From NCBI GenBank assembly GCA_944332475.1, contig CALVKA010000002.1, forward strand, positions 449 through 64,448: a stretch of DNA of 64,000 bases, read 5' to 3'. This document shows positions 57,572 through 64,000 of this stretch, piece after piece; positions within the stretch are counted from its first letter, which is position 1, and each line of letters starts with the position of its first letter. A program made the position numbers and the translations under genes. The stretch comes from an uncultured Bacilli bacterium. GTDB lineage: Bacteria; Bacillota_I; Bacilli_A; RF39; UBA660. The notes under the pieces were generated by a model, which was given only the letters and a program-made list of their open reading frames with translations, was not told the origin of the DNA and did no database searches.

Positions 57572-58321
57572 ATTATAATAAAAAAAGTAATTGATGAACT
57601 AAATTTAGAATTTTTAAAAATTAAAGAGAAAGGATGGATTGAAGCAAATTCACACGGAAACGGAAATGTAGGAATTACTTTTGAATATTCATTGGGAAAA
57701 GAAAGAGAAAACTTTCCCATTGCAGATTACAAAGGAATAGAAATAAAAACAAATACAGAGTTACATGGAAGACCGTTCATTACCTTGTTTAGTGCAACGC
57801 CTGATGGAAAACATATATTTCAAACACAAATATTACTAAAAAAATATGGAACAAAATATGATGACTTTCCAATGTTTAACAAATTTTACGTTAGGTTATC
57901 AGCAACAACCTTTACAAAAACAAATAATTTCTATATGAAAATAAAAATAAACTATAAGGAAAAAAGAATCATACTAGAAGTATATGATAAATACTTAAAT
58001 TTAATTGATAATGACTGTTTTTGGGATTTTGACACAATAGAAAAAAGGTTATCAAATAAAATAAAATATTTAGCATATGTTACAGCAAAACGAAAATATG
58101 AAAATCATAAAGTATATTTTTTCTATAAAGATATAAAATTCTATGAATTAAAAGGATTAGATGAATTTTTAAACCTAATAGAAAAAGGAGTTATCAAAAT
58201 ATGCTTTAAAGTTGGTGTATATAAAAAAGGAAGAAAGTTAGGAAATATATATGATCATGGAACAGGATTTGAAATAAGCAAAAAAGATTTATCAAAACTA
58301 TATAAAAGAATAAATTATTAG
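57572..58321 (+). CDS. MvaI/BcnI-family (MutH-like fold) restriction endonuclease homologue, apparent non-ATG start
   Basis: The frame is open upstream of the track's TTG (57692). SD AAGGAGG, then ATT ATA ATA AAA. Product: IIKKVIDELNLEFLKIKEKGW...GNGNVGITFEYSLG...PIADYKGIEIKT (D...ExK) and C-terminal YDHGTGFEISKKDLSKLY. Confidence 0.65.
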   Translation: MIIKKVIDELNLEFLKIKEKGWIEANSHGNGNVGITFEYSLGKERENFPIADYKGIEIKTNTELHGRPFITLFSATPDGKHIFQTQILLKKYGTKYDDFPMFNKFYVRLSATTFTKTNNFYMKIKINYKEKRIILEVYDKYLNLIDNDCFWDFDTIEKRLSNKIKYLAYVTAKRKYENHKVYFFYKDIKFYELKGLDEFLNLIEKGVIKICFKVGVYKKGRKLGNIYDHGTGFEISKKDLSKLYKRINY

Positions 58322-58391
58322 TACAATAATGATATAAGATGCCAAGGGGTTGCACAAAAAAAACGTTGAAAATCAACGTTTAAATTCAAAA

Positions 58392-58468
58392 TGGTCGGGA
58401 AGACAGGATTTGAACCTGCAACCCCTTGGTCCCAAACCAAGTGCTCTACCAAGTTGAGCCACTTCCCG
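58392..58468 (-). tRNA. tRNA-Pro(UGG): tRNA-Pro (anticodon UGG)
   Basis: Acceptor CGGGAAG/CTTCCCG, loop TT-TGG-GA, encoded CCA. Confidence 0.85.
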
Positions 58469-58471
58469 AAG

Positions 58472-58548
58472 TGGTGCGCTCGAAGGGATTCGAACCCCTG
58501 ACCTTTTGGTTCGTAGCCAAACACTCTATCCAACTGAGCTACGAGCGC
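58472..58548 (-). tRNA. tRNA-Arg(ACG): tRNA-Arg (anticodon ACG)
   Basis: Acceptor GCGCTCG/CGAGCGC, loop CT-ACG-AA, encoded CCA. Confidence 0.85.
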
Positions 58549-58593
58549 ATGTCACGTAACCAAATTTATATAAATGTAAATTGATTAACAAAA

Positions 58594-58669
58594 TGGTGGC
58601 TCCAGCGGGAATCGAACCAGCGACACAGGGATTTTCAGTCCCTTGCTCTACCGACTGAGCTATGAAGCC
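58594..58669 (-). tRNA. tRNA-Phe(GAA): tRNA-Phe (anticodon GAA)
   Basis: Acceptor GGCTTCA/..GGAGCC, anticodon stem AGGGA/TCCCT, loop CT-GAA-AA, encoded CCA. Confidence 0.85.
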
Positions 58670-58673
58670 AAAC

Positions 58674-58750
58674 TGGCGGTCTCAACGGGACTCGAACCCG
58701 CGATCTTCTGCGTGACAGGCAGACGTGTTAACCAGCTGCACCATGAGACC
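58674..58750 (-). tRNA. tRNA-Asp(GUC): tRNA-Asp (anticodon GUC)
   Basis: Acceptor GGTCTCA/TGAGACC, loop CT-GTC-AC, encoded CCA. Confidence 0.85.
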
Positions 58751-58752
58751 AT

Positions 58753-58829
<77 letters not shown>

Positions 58830-58859
58830 ATATAAAATATTCTTGATGATAACAATTAA

Positions 58860-58952
58860 TGGCGGAGGAAAAGGGATTCGAACCCCTGCGCCGCTCGCAC
58901 GACCTCCCGGTTTTCAAGACCGGTCCCTTCAACCAGACTTGGGTATTCCTCC
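58860..58952 (-). tRNA. tRNA-Ser(UGA): tRNA-Ser (anticodon UGA)
   Basis: Anticodon stem CCGGT/ACCGG, loop CT-TGA-AA, long variable arm, encoded CCA. Confidence 0.85.
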
Positions 58953-58979
58953 AACTGTCTTTTTTCAGACGACAAAATG

Positions 58980-59009
58980 ATTATAACACAACAAATGAAA
59001 TTGTGTCAA
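58980..59009 (-). promoter_or_regulatory. internal sigma-A promoter inside the tRNA array (drives Ser-fMet-Asp-Phe-Arg-Pro)
   Basis: Minus strand reads TTGACA, 18 nt, TATAAT with TGt extended -10. Confidence 0.55.
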
Positions 59010-59035
59010 CAATTATTTCATATAATATATCTTTT

Positions 59036-59066
59036 TATAAAAAAACTCATCAACAAGTAATGAGTA
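59036..59066 (-). terminator. hairpin plus U-run after tRNA-Leu
   Basis: Minus strand reads ACTCAT-TACTTGTTG-ATGAGT followed by TTTTTTTAT. Confidence 0.45.
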
Positions 59067-59076
59067 ATTAACAAAG

Positions 59077-59165
59077 TGGTGCCTAAGGCCGGACTTGAAC
59101 CGGCACGAGGGTTGAATCTCGCAGGATTTTAAGTCCTGTGCGTCTACCAATTCCGCCACTCAGGC
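59077..59165 (-). tRNA. tRNA-Leu(UAA): tRNA-Leu (anticodon UAA)
   Basis: Acceptor GCCTGAG/CTTAGGC, loop CT-TAA-AA, long variable arm, encoded CCA. Confidence 0.85.
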
Positions 59166-59167
59166 AA

Positions 59168-59243
59168 TGGTGATCTGTATGAGATTCGAACTCATGACCC
59201 TTTGATTAAAAGTCAAATGCTCTACCGACTGAGCTAACAGATC
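59168..59243 (-). tRNA. tRNA-Lys(UUU): tRNA-Lys (anticodon UUU)
   Basis: Acceptor GATCTGT/ACAGATC, loop CT-TTT-AA, encoded CCA. Confidence 0.85.
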
Positions 59244-59250
59244 AAAATAA

Positions 59251-59325
59251 TGGCTGCCTCGGTTAGATTCGAACTAACGCATGTCAGAGTCAAAGTCTGA
59301 TGCCTTACCACTTGGCTACGAGGCA
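59251..59325 (-). tRNA. tRNA-Gln(UUG): tRNA-Gln (anticodon UUG)
   Basis: Acceptor TGCCTCG/CGAGGCA, loop CT-TTG-AC, encoded CCA. Confidence 0.85.
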
Positions 59326-59331
59326 ATACAG

Positions 59332-59415
59332 TGGTGGAGAGGAATGGATTCGAACCATTGAACCCGAAGGAACAGATTTACAGTCTGTCGCGTTTAGCCA
59401 CTTCGCTACCTCTCC
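59332..59415 (-). tRNA. tRNA-Tyr(GUA): tRNA-Tyr (anticodon GUA)
   Basis: Acceptor GGAGAGG/CCTCTCC, loop CT-GTA-AA, long variable arm, encoded CCA. Confidence 0.85.
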
Positions 59416-59423
59416 AAAAAAAA

Positions 59424-59499
59424 TGGTGCCGAAACCAGGACTTGAACCCGGAACCTACTGATTACAAATCAGTTGCTCTACCAATTGAGCTATTTCGGC
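59424..59499 (-). tRNA. tRNA-Thr(UGU): tRNA-Thr (anticodon UGU)
   Basis: Acceptor GCCGAAA/TTTCGGC, loop TT-TGT-AA, encoded CCA. Confidence 0.85.
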
Positions 59500-59500
59500 A

Positions 59501-59577
59501 TGGTGGGCGATATAGGACTCGAACCTGTGACCCCCTGCTTGTAAGGCAGGTGCTCTAACCAACTGAGCTAATCGCCC
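59501..59577 (-). tRNA. tRNA-Val(UAC): tRNA-Val (anticodon UAC)
   Basis: Acceptor GGGCGAT/ATCGCCC, loop CT-TAC-AA, encoded CCA. Confidence 0.85.
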
Positions 59578-59646
59578 AAAATGTCAGTTGACAGTACTAA
59601 ATATATCAACATTTCAAATATTTGTCAATACCATCAACTTATTTTT

Positions 59647-60048
59647 TTAATTTTTTTGCATCTTTATTTGTATTTCTTGTTTCTTTTGAGAAATCCATTG
59701 TGGTAAATACTGTGATAACGTATTAAATCCATTAGGTGTTTCTATAATTTTCTTTTTTCTTTTTCTCGAAAATTTATAGTCAATATTTTTAATACTTAAT
59801 TTTACATGATAAGAATCAACATCACTATCATCTATTACAAGAGCCTTAATAGTTTCTCCTACATGAACATAGTCAGAAGGATCCTTAACAAAAAACTCTG
59901 AAATTTCTGAAATGTGAATCAAACCACTGTAATATTCATCTAAACTTACAAAAATACCATACTTTTCTATTCCAGTAACACACCCAGTGACCATTTCTCC
60001 TTTTTTATATCGATTCATTAAAACACTTCCTATTACATAGTATATCAT
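59647..60048 (-). CDS. S1 RNA-binding domain protein (YabR/GSP13-like)
   Basis: S1 OB-fold pattern GEMVTGCVTGIEKYGIFVSL....GLIHISE......D......G..I.A.V. Confidence 0.75.
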   Translation of the reverse strand: MIYYVIGSVLMNRYKKGEMVTGCVTGIEKYGIFVSLDEYYSGLIHISEISEFFVKDPSDYVHVGETIKALVIDDSDVDSYHVKLSIKNIDYKFSRKRKKKIIETPNGFNTLSQYLPQWISQKKQEIQIKMQKN

Positions 60049-60127
60049 TAAAAAAAAATATTCTCAAGAATAAGTAATATTGCTTTACTCTAATACAAAA
60101 AATTTATATAATAAAAATGGTGATAAA

Positions 60128-60364
60128 ATGAAAGAAAACGAAATTGAAATCAAAATTAAAAATTTAATAGAAAAAATAAGACCATATTTAATAAACGATG
60201 GTGGTAATATAGAATTTATTAAATATGAAGATAATATTGTTTATGTAAAATTAACAGGAGCTTGTGATGGTTGCCCTATGTTAGACATAACACTAAAAGA
60301 CGGAATAGAAGATTTATTAATTAATGAAATTCCAGAAATAAAAGAAGTAAGAAATGTTTCATAA
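60128..60364 (+). CDS. NifU-like (Nfu C-terminal domain) Fe-S cluster protein
   Basis: Probable start MKENEIE. IRPYLINDGGNIEF...V.VKLTGACDGCPM signature. Confidence 0.75.
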   Translation: MKENEIEIKIKNLIEKIRPYLINDGGNIEFIKYEDNIVYVKLTGACDGCPMLDITLKDGIEDLLINEIPEIKEVRNVS

Positions 60365-61246
60365 CATTTCTTTTTTTAACCAAGAAACTTCAGGAATTGG
60401 ATAAAAACAACAAATAATTTGATAAATATTATGAAGAAAAACTTCATACTCGGGCTGACGAGAAATGATAACTTTTAACTTTGTATTATCCGTTTTTTTA
60501 TTTAAAAATTCATCATATACATCAAAATAGTATGATGGAAAAAGAAGTCTAGCATAAACCAAAATAAAATCATAATAAGTAAAACTTAACGTAGAAAAAA
60601 AATCATAAAAAGAAAAGGTTTGATACAGTTCAGAAAAAAACAAAAATTTAATATATTCAGCAATATCTCTCGCATAATAATCAATAGTTAAATTTAACGG
60701 ATTAAAAAAATTTTTTTCACTAATTCTATTGTGACATAAATATAATTTTCTTTCAGGGACATCATAAGAAAAATTATAATTAATATAAGAAATAGCATTT
60801 TCTGCTAAACCTTCATAATAATTAAAACTTTCTGACAAAATGGGATATATATTGTGAACATGAAGCATTTGATATTCATAATAATTCATTTTTTGAATCC
60901 ATAAGTAATCCCAACGTAAATTAAAAGTAAAATCTAAATGATGATAAATAAAAATAGGATGCAAAATCTCATATAACAAATTAACCTTTTCATTTTTATG
61001 GCGTAATAAAACAAACCACTCTTCACCAATATTAGTAAATTCCAAGTGATATATATTATAAACAATTTCAAACCCCTTATTATAATGAATTTGTTTTAAA
61101 ACAGAAAAAACAGCCTTTGTTTTAGAAAGATTATAAACCGGATTAAAAGAATATAAATTATTTTGAAACCAAAAAAAATAAATATCATCTTGTTTAGACA
61201 ATTCTACTTCATCAAAATTATAGTAAAACATAATATGACTTTTCAT
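60359..61246 (-). CDS. hypothetical protein, possibly CotS/YutH-like spore-coat kinase-fold protein
   Basis: 295 aa, Tyr/Phe-rich. LCHNRISEKNF...NLTIDYYARDIAEYI resembles the HxDxxxxN...D region of CotS-type phosphotransferases. By eye only. Confidence 0.35.
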   Translation of the reverse strand: MKSHIMFYYNFDEVELSKQDDIYFFWFQNNLYSFNPVYNLSKTKAVFSVLKQIHYNKGFEIVYNIYHLEFTNIGEEWFVLLRHKNEKVNLLYEILHPIFIYHHLDFTFNLRWDYLWIQKMNYYEYQMLHVHNIYPILSESFNYYEGLAENAISYINYNFSYDVPERKLYLCHNRISEKNFFNPLNLTIDYYARDIAEYIKFLFFSELYQTFSFYDFFSTLSFTYYDFILVYARLLFPSYYFDVYDEFLNKKTDNTKLKVIISRQPEYEVFLHNIYQIICCFYPIPEVSWLKKEML

Positions 61247-61331
61247 AATACATTATATGTCATTTATCATAAATTATATAATAAAAAAAGAATAGTAAAA
61301 ACTATTCTTCTTATTTTATCCCATTTGATAA

Positions 61332-62690
61332 TTATGCTACTTTTTGTTTTCGATACTGTTTATGTTCAGATACGCTAGCCCTCAACTCATTTAACTCAAG
61401 AATGTCAGCCTCAATTTTTTGCCTAGCTGCGTTATTTTGAGCTGTTCTAGCTTTCAAATCGTTAGCCTCTTGGTCGAAAGCCTTCGTTGACGCTTTTAAA
61501 CTTTCTGCTTGTAAACGAAGATTATTAGCCTCTTCCTTACGCTTTTCACTAGATTTTTTGAATTCAACAACAGAAGTTTCATATTCCTCTTGTGCAGATT
61601 CAACTCTTTTTTGAGCCTCAGCATTATCTCGTTGTAATTTAACAATTTCATTACGAAGTAGATCAATATCTTCAACTTCGTCATCAAAAACTGCAGGTCC
61701 AGAAGCACTAGTTTCATTCTTCATTGTTGCAACGTCCTCAGCAGGTATTTCAAATAAAAATTTCGTATCCGTATCGGTAACAGTATCACTCTTTTCATTC
61801 ACTTTAGTAGTAATAGAATCTGGTCGTTCAGCCACTACAATAGGAACATCTCTATTAGAAACTGGCTCTACTGCAACCTCTTTAGGTTTTTCTTCCTCTA
61901 CTCTAGGCTCTTGCTCAGTAACCTTAGACTGACTCTGGTTAAAAATATCATTTCCAGTAAATCTTGGTAACTCAATAACAGTTTTTTCTGGAACATTATA
62001 TTTCTCAACATTTGCTTTCGTATAAGATGCTTTCTTTACTTTTTTAGTAGGAGCATCCATTTCACCCATACTATTATCAACAACAGGAGCAACTTCTGGA
62101 ACAGAAGTAAAAGCATCATTAACTGCCTCTTGCATTTCTGTTACATCAACTTTTGCAGTATCAACATCCTCAGTAGAAGGTTGAACCTCAGAAACAGCTT
62201 CTTCTTTCTGATCAACAGTAGTCACTTCTTCAGGAGTACTAATATCTCCTAATTCAACTGTAGGCTCAACATTGGCTGGAGCAGTATTAACACCAACTTT
62301 GATATACATATCATCTGTTAAACGAATCATTCTTGCCCTTAAGCTATTAACAGTATGAGAAACAAAATCTGAAAGACCTCTCAATGTAACATTGTCCAAT
62401 ACACTTCCCCTAGCGTTTTTTTCAACAGTTGCAACTGATGGTGTTACGGGAATCTCCTGTGGTGTAGTTTGTACTGGAGTACTAGTAACTTCATTAGAAA
62501 CTACGCTAGGTGTACTCTCTTGCGTAGAAGGAGTAGAAACAAAATCATTCACTGTTGTAGAAATTGAATTTCTAATTTTAGTAAAAAGTCCCTTTTGTGA
62601 TCTTTCACTTATTTTAATTCTTCTTGGTTGTTGTATTTGTTGAACTGGATCTGAAAGTTCAGTTCCTAATCTTAAATCAACATTATCCAC
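61332..62690 (-). CDS. hypothetical protein with Pro/Thr/Val/Glu-rich low-complexity centre and C-terminal coiled coil
   Basis: 452 aa. No enzymatic motif. The last approx. 110 aa show heptad-like repeats (LQRDNAEAQKRVESAQEEYE...LKARTAQNNAARQKIEADILEL). Confidence 0.5.
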   Translation of the reverse strand: MDNVDLRLGTELSDPVQQIQQPRRIKISERSQKGLFTKIRNSISTTVNDFVSTPSTQESTPSVVSNEVTSTPVQTTPQEIPVTPSVATVEKNARGSVLDNVTLRGLSDFVSHTVNSLRARMIRLTDDMYIKVGVNTAPANVEPTVELGDISTPEEVTTVDQKEEAVSEVQPSTEDVDTAKVDVTEMQEAVNDAFTSVPEVAPVVDNSMGEMDAPTKKVKKASYTKANVEKYNVPEKTVIELPRFTGNDIFNQSQSKVTEQEPRVEEEKPKEVAVEPVSNRDVPIVVAERPDSITTKVNEKSDTVTDTDTKFLFEIPAEDVATMKNETSASGPAVFDDEVEDIDLLRNEIVKLQRDNAEAQKRVESAQEEYETSVVEFKKSSEKRKEEANNLRLQAESLKASTKAFDQEANDLKARTAQNNAARQKIEADILELNELRASVSEHKQYRKQKVA

Positions 62691-62706
62691 TTAAATCCCT
62701 CCTTAA

Positions 62707-62976
62707 CTATTCACCTTTAGCAAGCTCGCGTAAAACATCCTTAATGCGATTCCACTCTTCTTCACTCTCAACACCTAAAAGCTTAGTTTCTCCATTTGAA
62801 CGATCAACATTAGAAACATAAACTGTAATATTATTGTCTTCATCACGTTCATTTTTAGTGTATATTACGTACTCTTTTTTTGTATCTTTAAATTCAAATG
62901 CGAAAACAACTTCTACATCTTCACTAGAACCGTCATTTGAAACAATTTTCATCATTTTCTTTTCTTCCATATCCAT
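62707..62976 (-). CDS. DUF1292 family protein
   Basis: 89 aa. Acidic small protein with a ...EVVFAFEF....KEYVIYT....EEEW..I..VL pattern. Confidence 0.6.
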   Translation of the reverse strand: MDMEEKKMMKIVSNDGSSEDVEVVFAFEFKDTKKEYVIYTKNERDEDNNITVYVSNVDRSNGETKLLGVESEEEWNRIKDVLRELAKGE

Positions 62977-63037
62977 AATAAATCCTCCCTTTATTATCCA
63001 TATAATACAATTATATCGTATTTTGAAGAAATTACAA

Positions 63038-63319
63038 CTATTTTTTATGAACTTTTTTTAATAAAAAAGTTTTAGCTCCAATATTACAATAATCTTTTTT
63101 ATAGCTTTCTAAATATTTGATATCATTATATCTTTTTGCTTTTTTATTTTTTGTATCAAAAAAGCCTTTTAATCGAACTTTATCTCCAGAAAAATCCCCA
63201 AATACATAATCAAAATCATAAAAATAATCCGTAAGATATTCTTTTACTATATCGATAGAAAAACAATTATCATCAGAAACCAAATCATATAAAATACCAT
63301 TAATCTCATATTGTTTCAT
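63038..63319 (-). CDS. yutD: YutD-like protein (DUF1027)
   Basis: 93 aa. YEL..D....F......Y.......DY.FGDFSGDKVRLKGFF pattern. Confidence 0.6.
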   Translation of the reverse strand: MKQYEINGILYDLVSDDNCFSIDIVKEYLTDYFYDFDYVFGDFSGDKVRLKGFFDTKNKKAKRYNDIKYLESYKKDYCNIGAKTFLLKKVHKK

Positions 63320-63358
63320 ACTAATACTATCACCTCTATATCATTATAACACAAGATA

Positions 63359-64000
63359 TTAATCATCAAGTAGAAAAAAAGTAGTCTGAGAATTCTTACC
63401 AATTACCCCTCCATAATACTCTGGCACAACACCAGAAATAACTTGCACACTAATTGGAGCATCCACTTTAATAACCACTTCATCAGATGATTTAGGTAAA
63501 GATATCCGCTCCTTAATTTCTACATGCACAAATAACTCTAATAATAAATTATTAATACCATAACTCGTAACTTTTGTTTCCAAACTACTACTAACCTGCC
63601 CCATAAATGATATATTAATAGGAATAATAGGACCAAGATTAGACAAAAAACCATTACCAGTTAAAGAACCAAAAGGAATCTCACACACAACACCCGAGTC
63701 AAGAAATCGATACTTAGTTCCAGATAAAGAAGAAGATAAATCAAAGTCATCAATCTTCCCCTCTTCTAACTGCAATAATTTAGAATAGACAACCTGATTC
63801 ACTTTTTTCAACAACAAATTTACCTCTTTAGAATTATAGTCAATCATCTCTACTTCATTATCATTATTGCGTGAAATAGAAATTAAATTGTCATCAATTT
63901 CTTTCGCTAATAAATCATTAATACTTACATCAATAACATTTGAAGTAACACGCTCTACTTCTGTATTCAAATAATTTATCAAAATAGGATTTACTTTTGA
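63359..64000 (-). CDS. yunB: sporulation protein YunB-like, N-terminus probably beyond the window
   Basis: The frame is open to the window edge upstream of the track's TTG (63982). YunB-like pattern ...NYLNTEVERV.....I......EIPFGSLTGN.FL.NLGP.IPI.... Confidence 0.6.
   Translation of the reverse strand, partial: SKVNPILINYLNTEVERVTSNVIDVSINDLLAKEIDDNLISISRNNDNEVEMIDYNSKEVNLLLKKVNQVVYSKLLQLEEGKIDDFDLSSSLSGTKYRFLDSGVVCEIPFGSLTGNGFLSNLGPIIPINISFMGQVSSSLETKVTSYGINNLLLELFVHVEIKERISLPKSSDEVVIKVDAPISVQVISGVVPEYYGGVIGKNSQTTFFLLDD

Noticed and set aside
59501-59577. Apparent C-A mismatch in the T-stem of tRNA-Val(UAC) as a sign of a pseudo-tRNA
   Set aside because: All other arms, the anticodon loop and the CCA are intact, and a single mismatch is tolerated. 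It may also be my reading error. Needs tRNAscan-SE scoring.

Overview
This is a 64-kb chromosomal window from a very AT-rich, low-GC Gram-positive bacterium. Sporulation-type genes (spoIVFA/FB-like pair, yunB, yutD, yutH-like) suggest a spore-forming Bacillota of the Erysipelotrichia/Clostridia type; that is inference. The standard genetic code applies. Most genes are on the minus strand. Housekeeping content includes rimP-nusA-ylxR-infB-rbfA, ddl with a murF-like gene, rsmE, radC-mreC-mreD, valS with a T-box leader, proS, ybaK, a carD-family gene, an ABC-F ATPase and a P-type ATPase. There are 20 tRNA genes in five groups and no rRNA. The first 7.5 kb is one open frame that the ORF track missed because its stop lies outside the window. 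It encodes a giant cyclic beta-1,2-glucan synthase-like protein (GT84 + GH94). The main discovery candidate is a visibly extra-AT-rich, RiPP-like island of about 8.9 kb (22841-31700) between yqeK and a tRNA-Gly/tRNA-Cys pair. Its minus-strand operon encodes a 35-aa sORF, a SPASM radical SAM enzyme, a second radical SAM enzyme, a 41-aa precursor-like peptide ending ...AELGG-NYCSDTC, a HisC/CobD-like PLP enzyme, a B12-domain-like radical SAM enzyme with CX4CX2C spacing, and a PEP-synthase/PPDK-like His-swivel phosphotransferase. A stand-alone YcaO gene faces this operon. I cannot assign this enzyme combination to any RiPP class I know. Secondary items: a membrane-anchored MurF-like ligase lacking the UDP-binding domain, next to a long Ddl with a Gly/Lys-rich loop insertion and a C26 amidotransferase; an orphan MvaI/BcnI-family endonuclease; two or three genes that seem to start at ATT/ATC/ATA; a decayed tandem copy of a mini kinase-like gene; and a split three-gene activase/DUF2229 system. 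All coordinates were derived by hand and may be off by 1-2 nt for RNA genes and signals.
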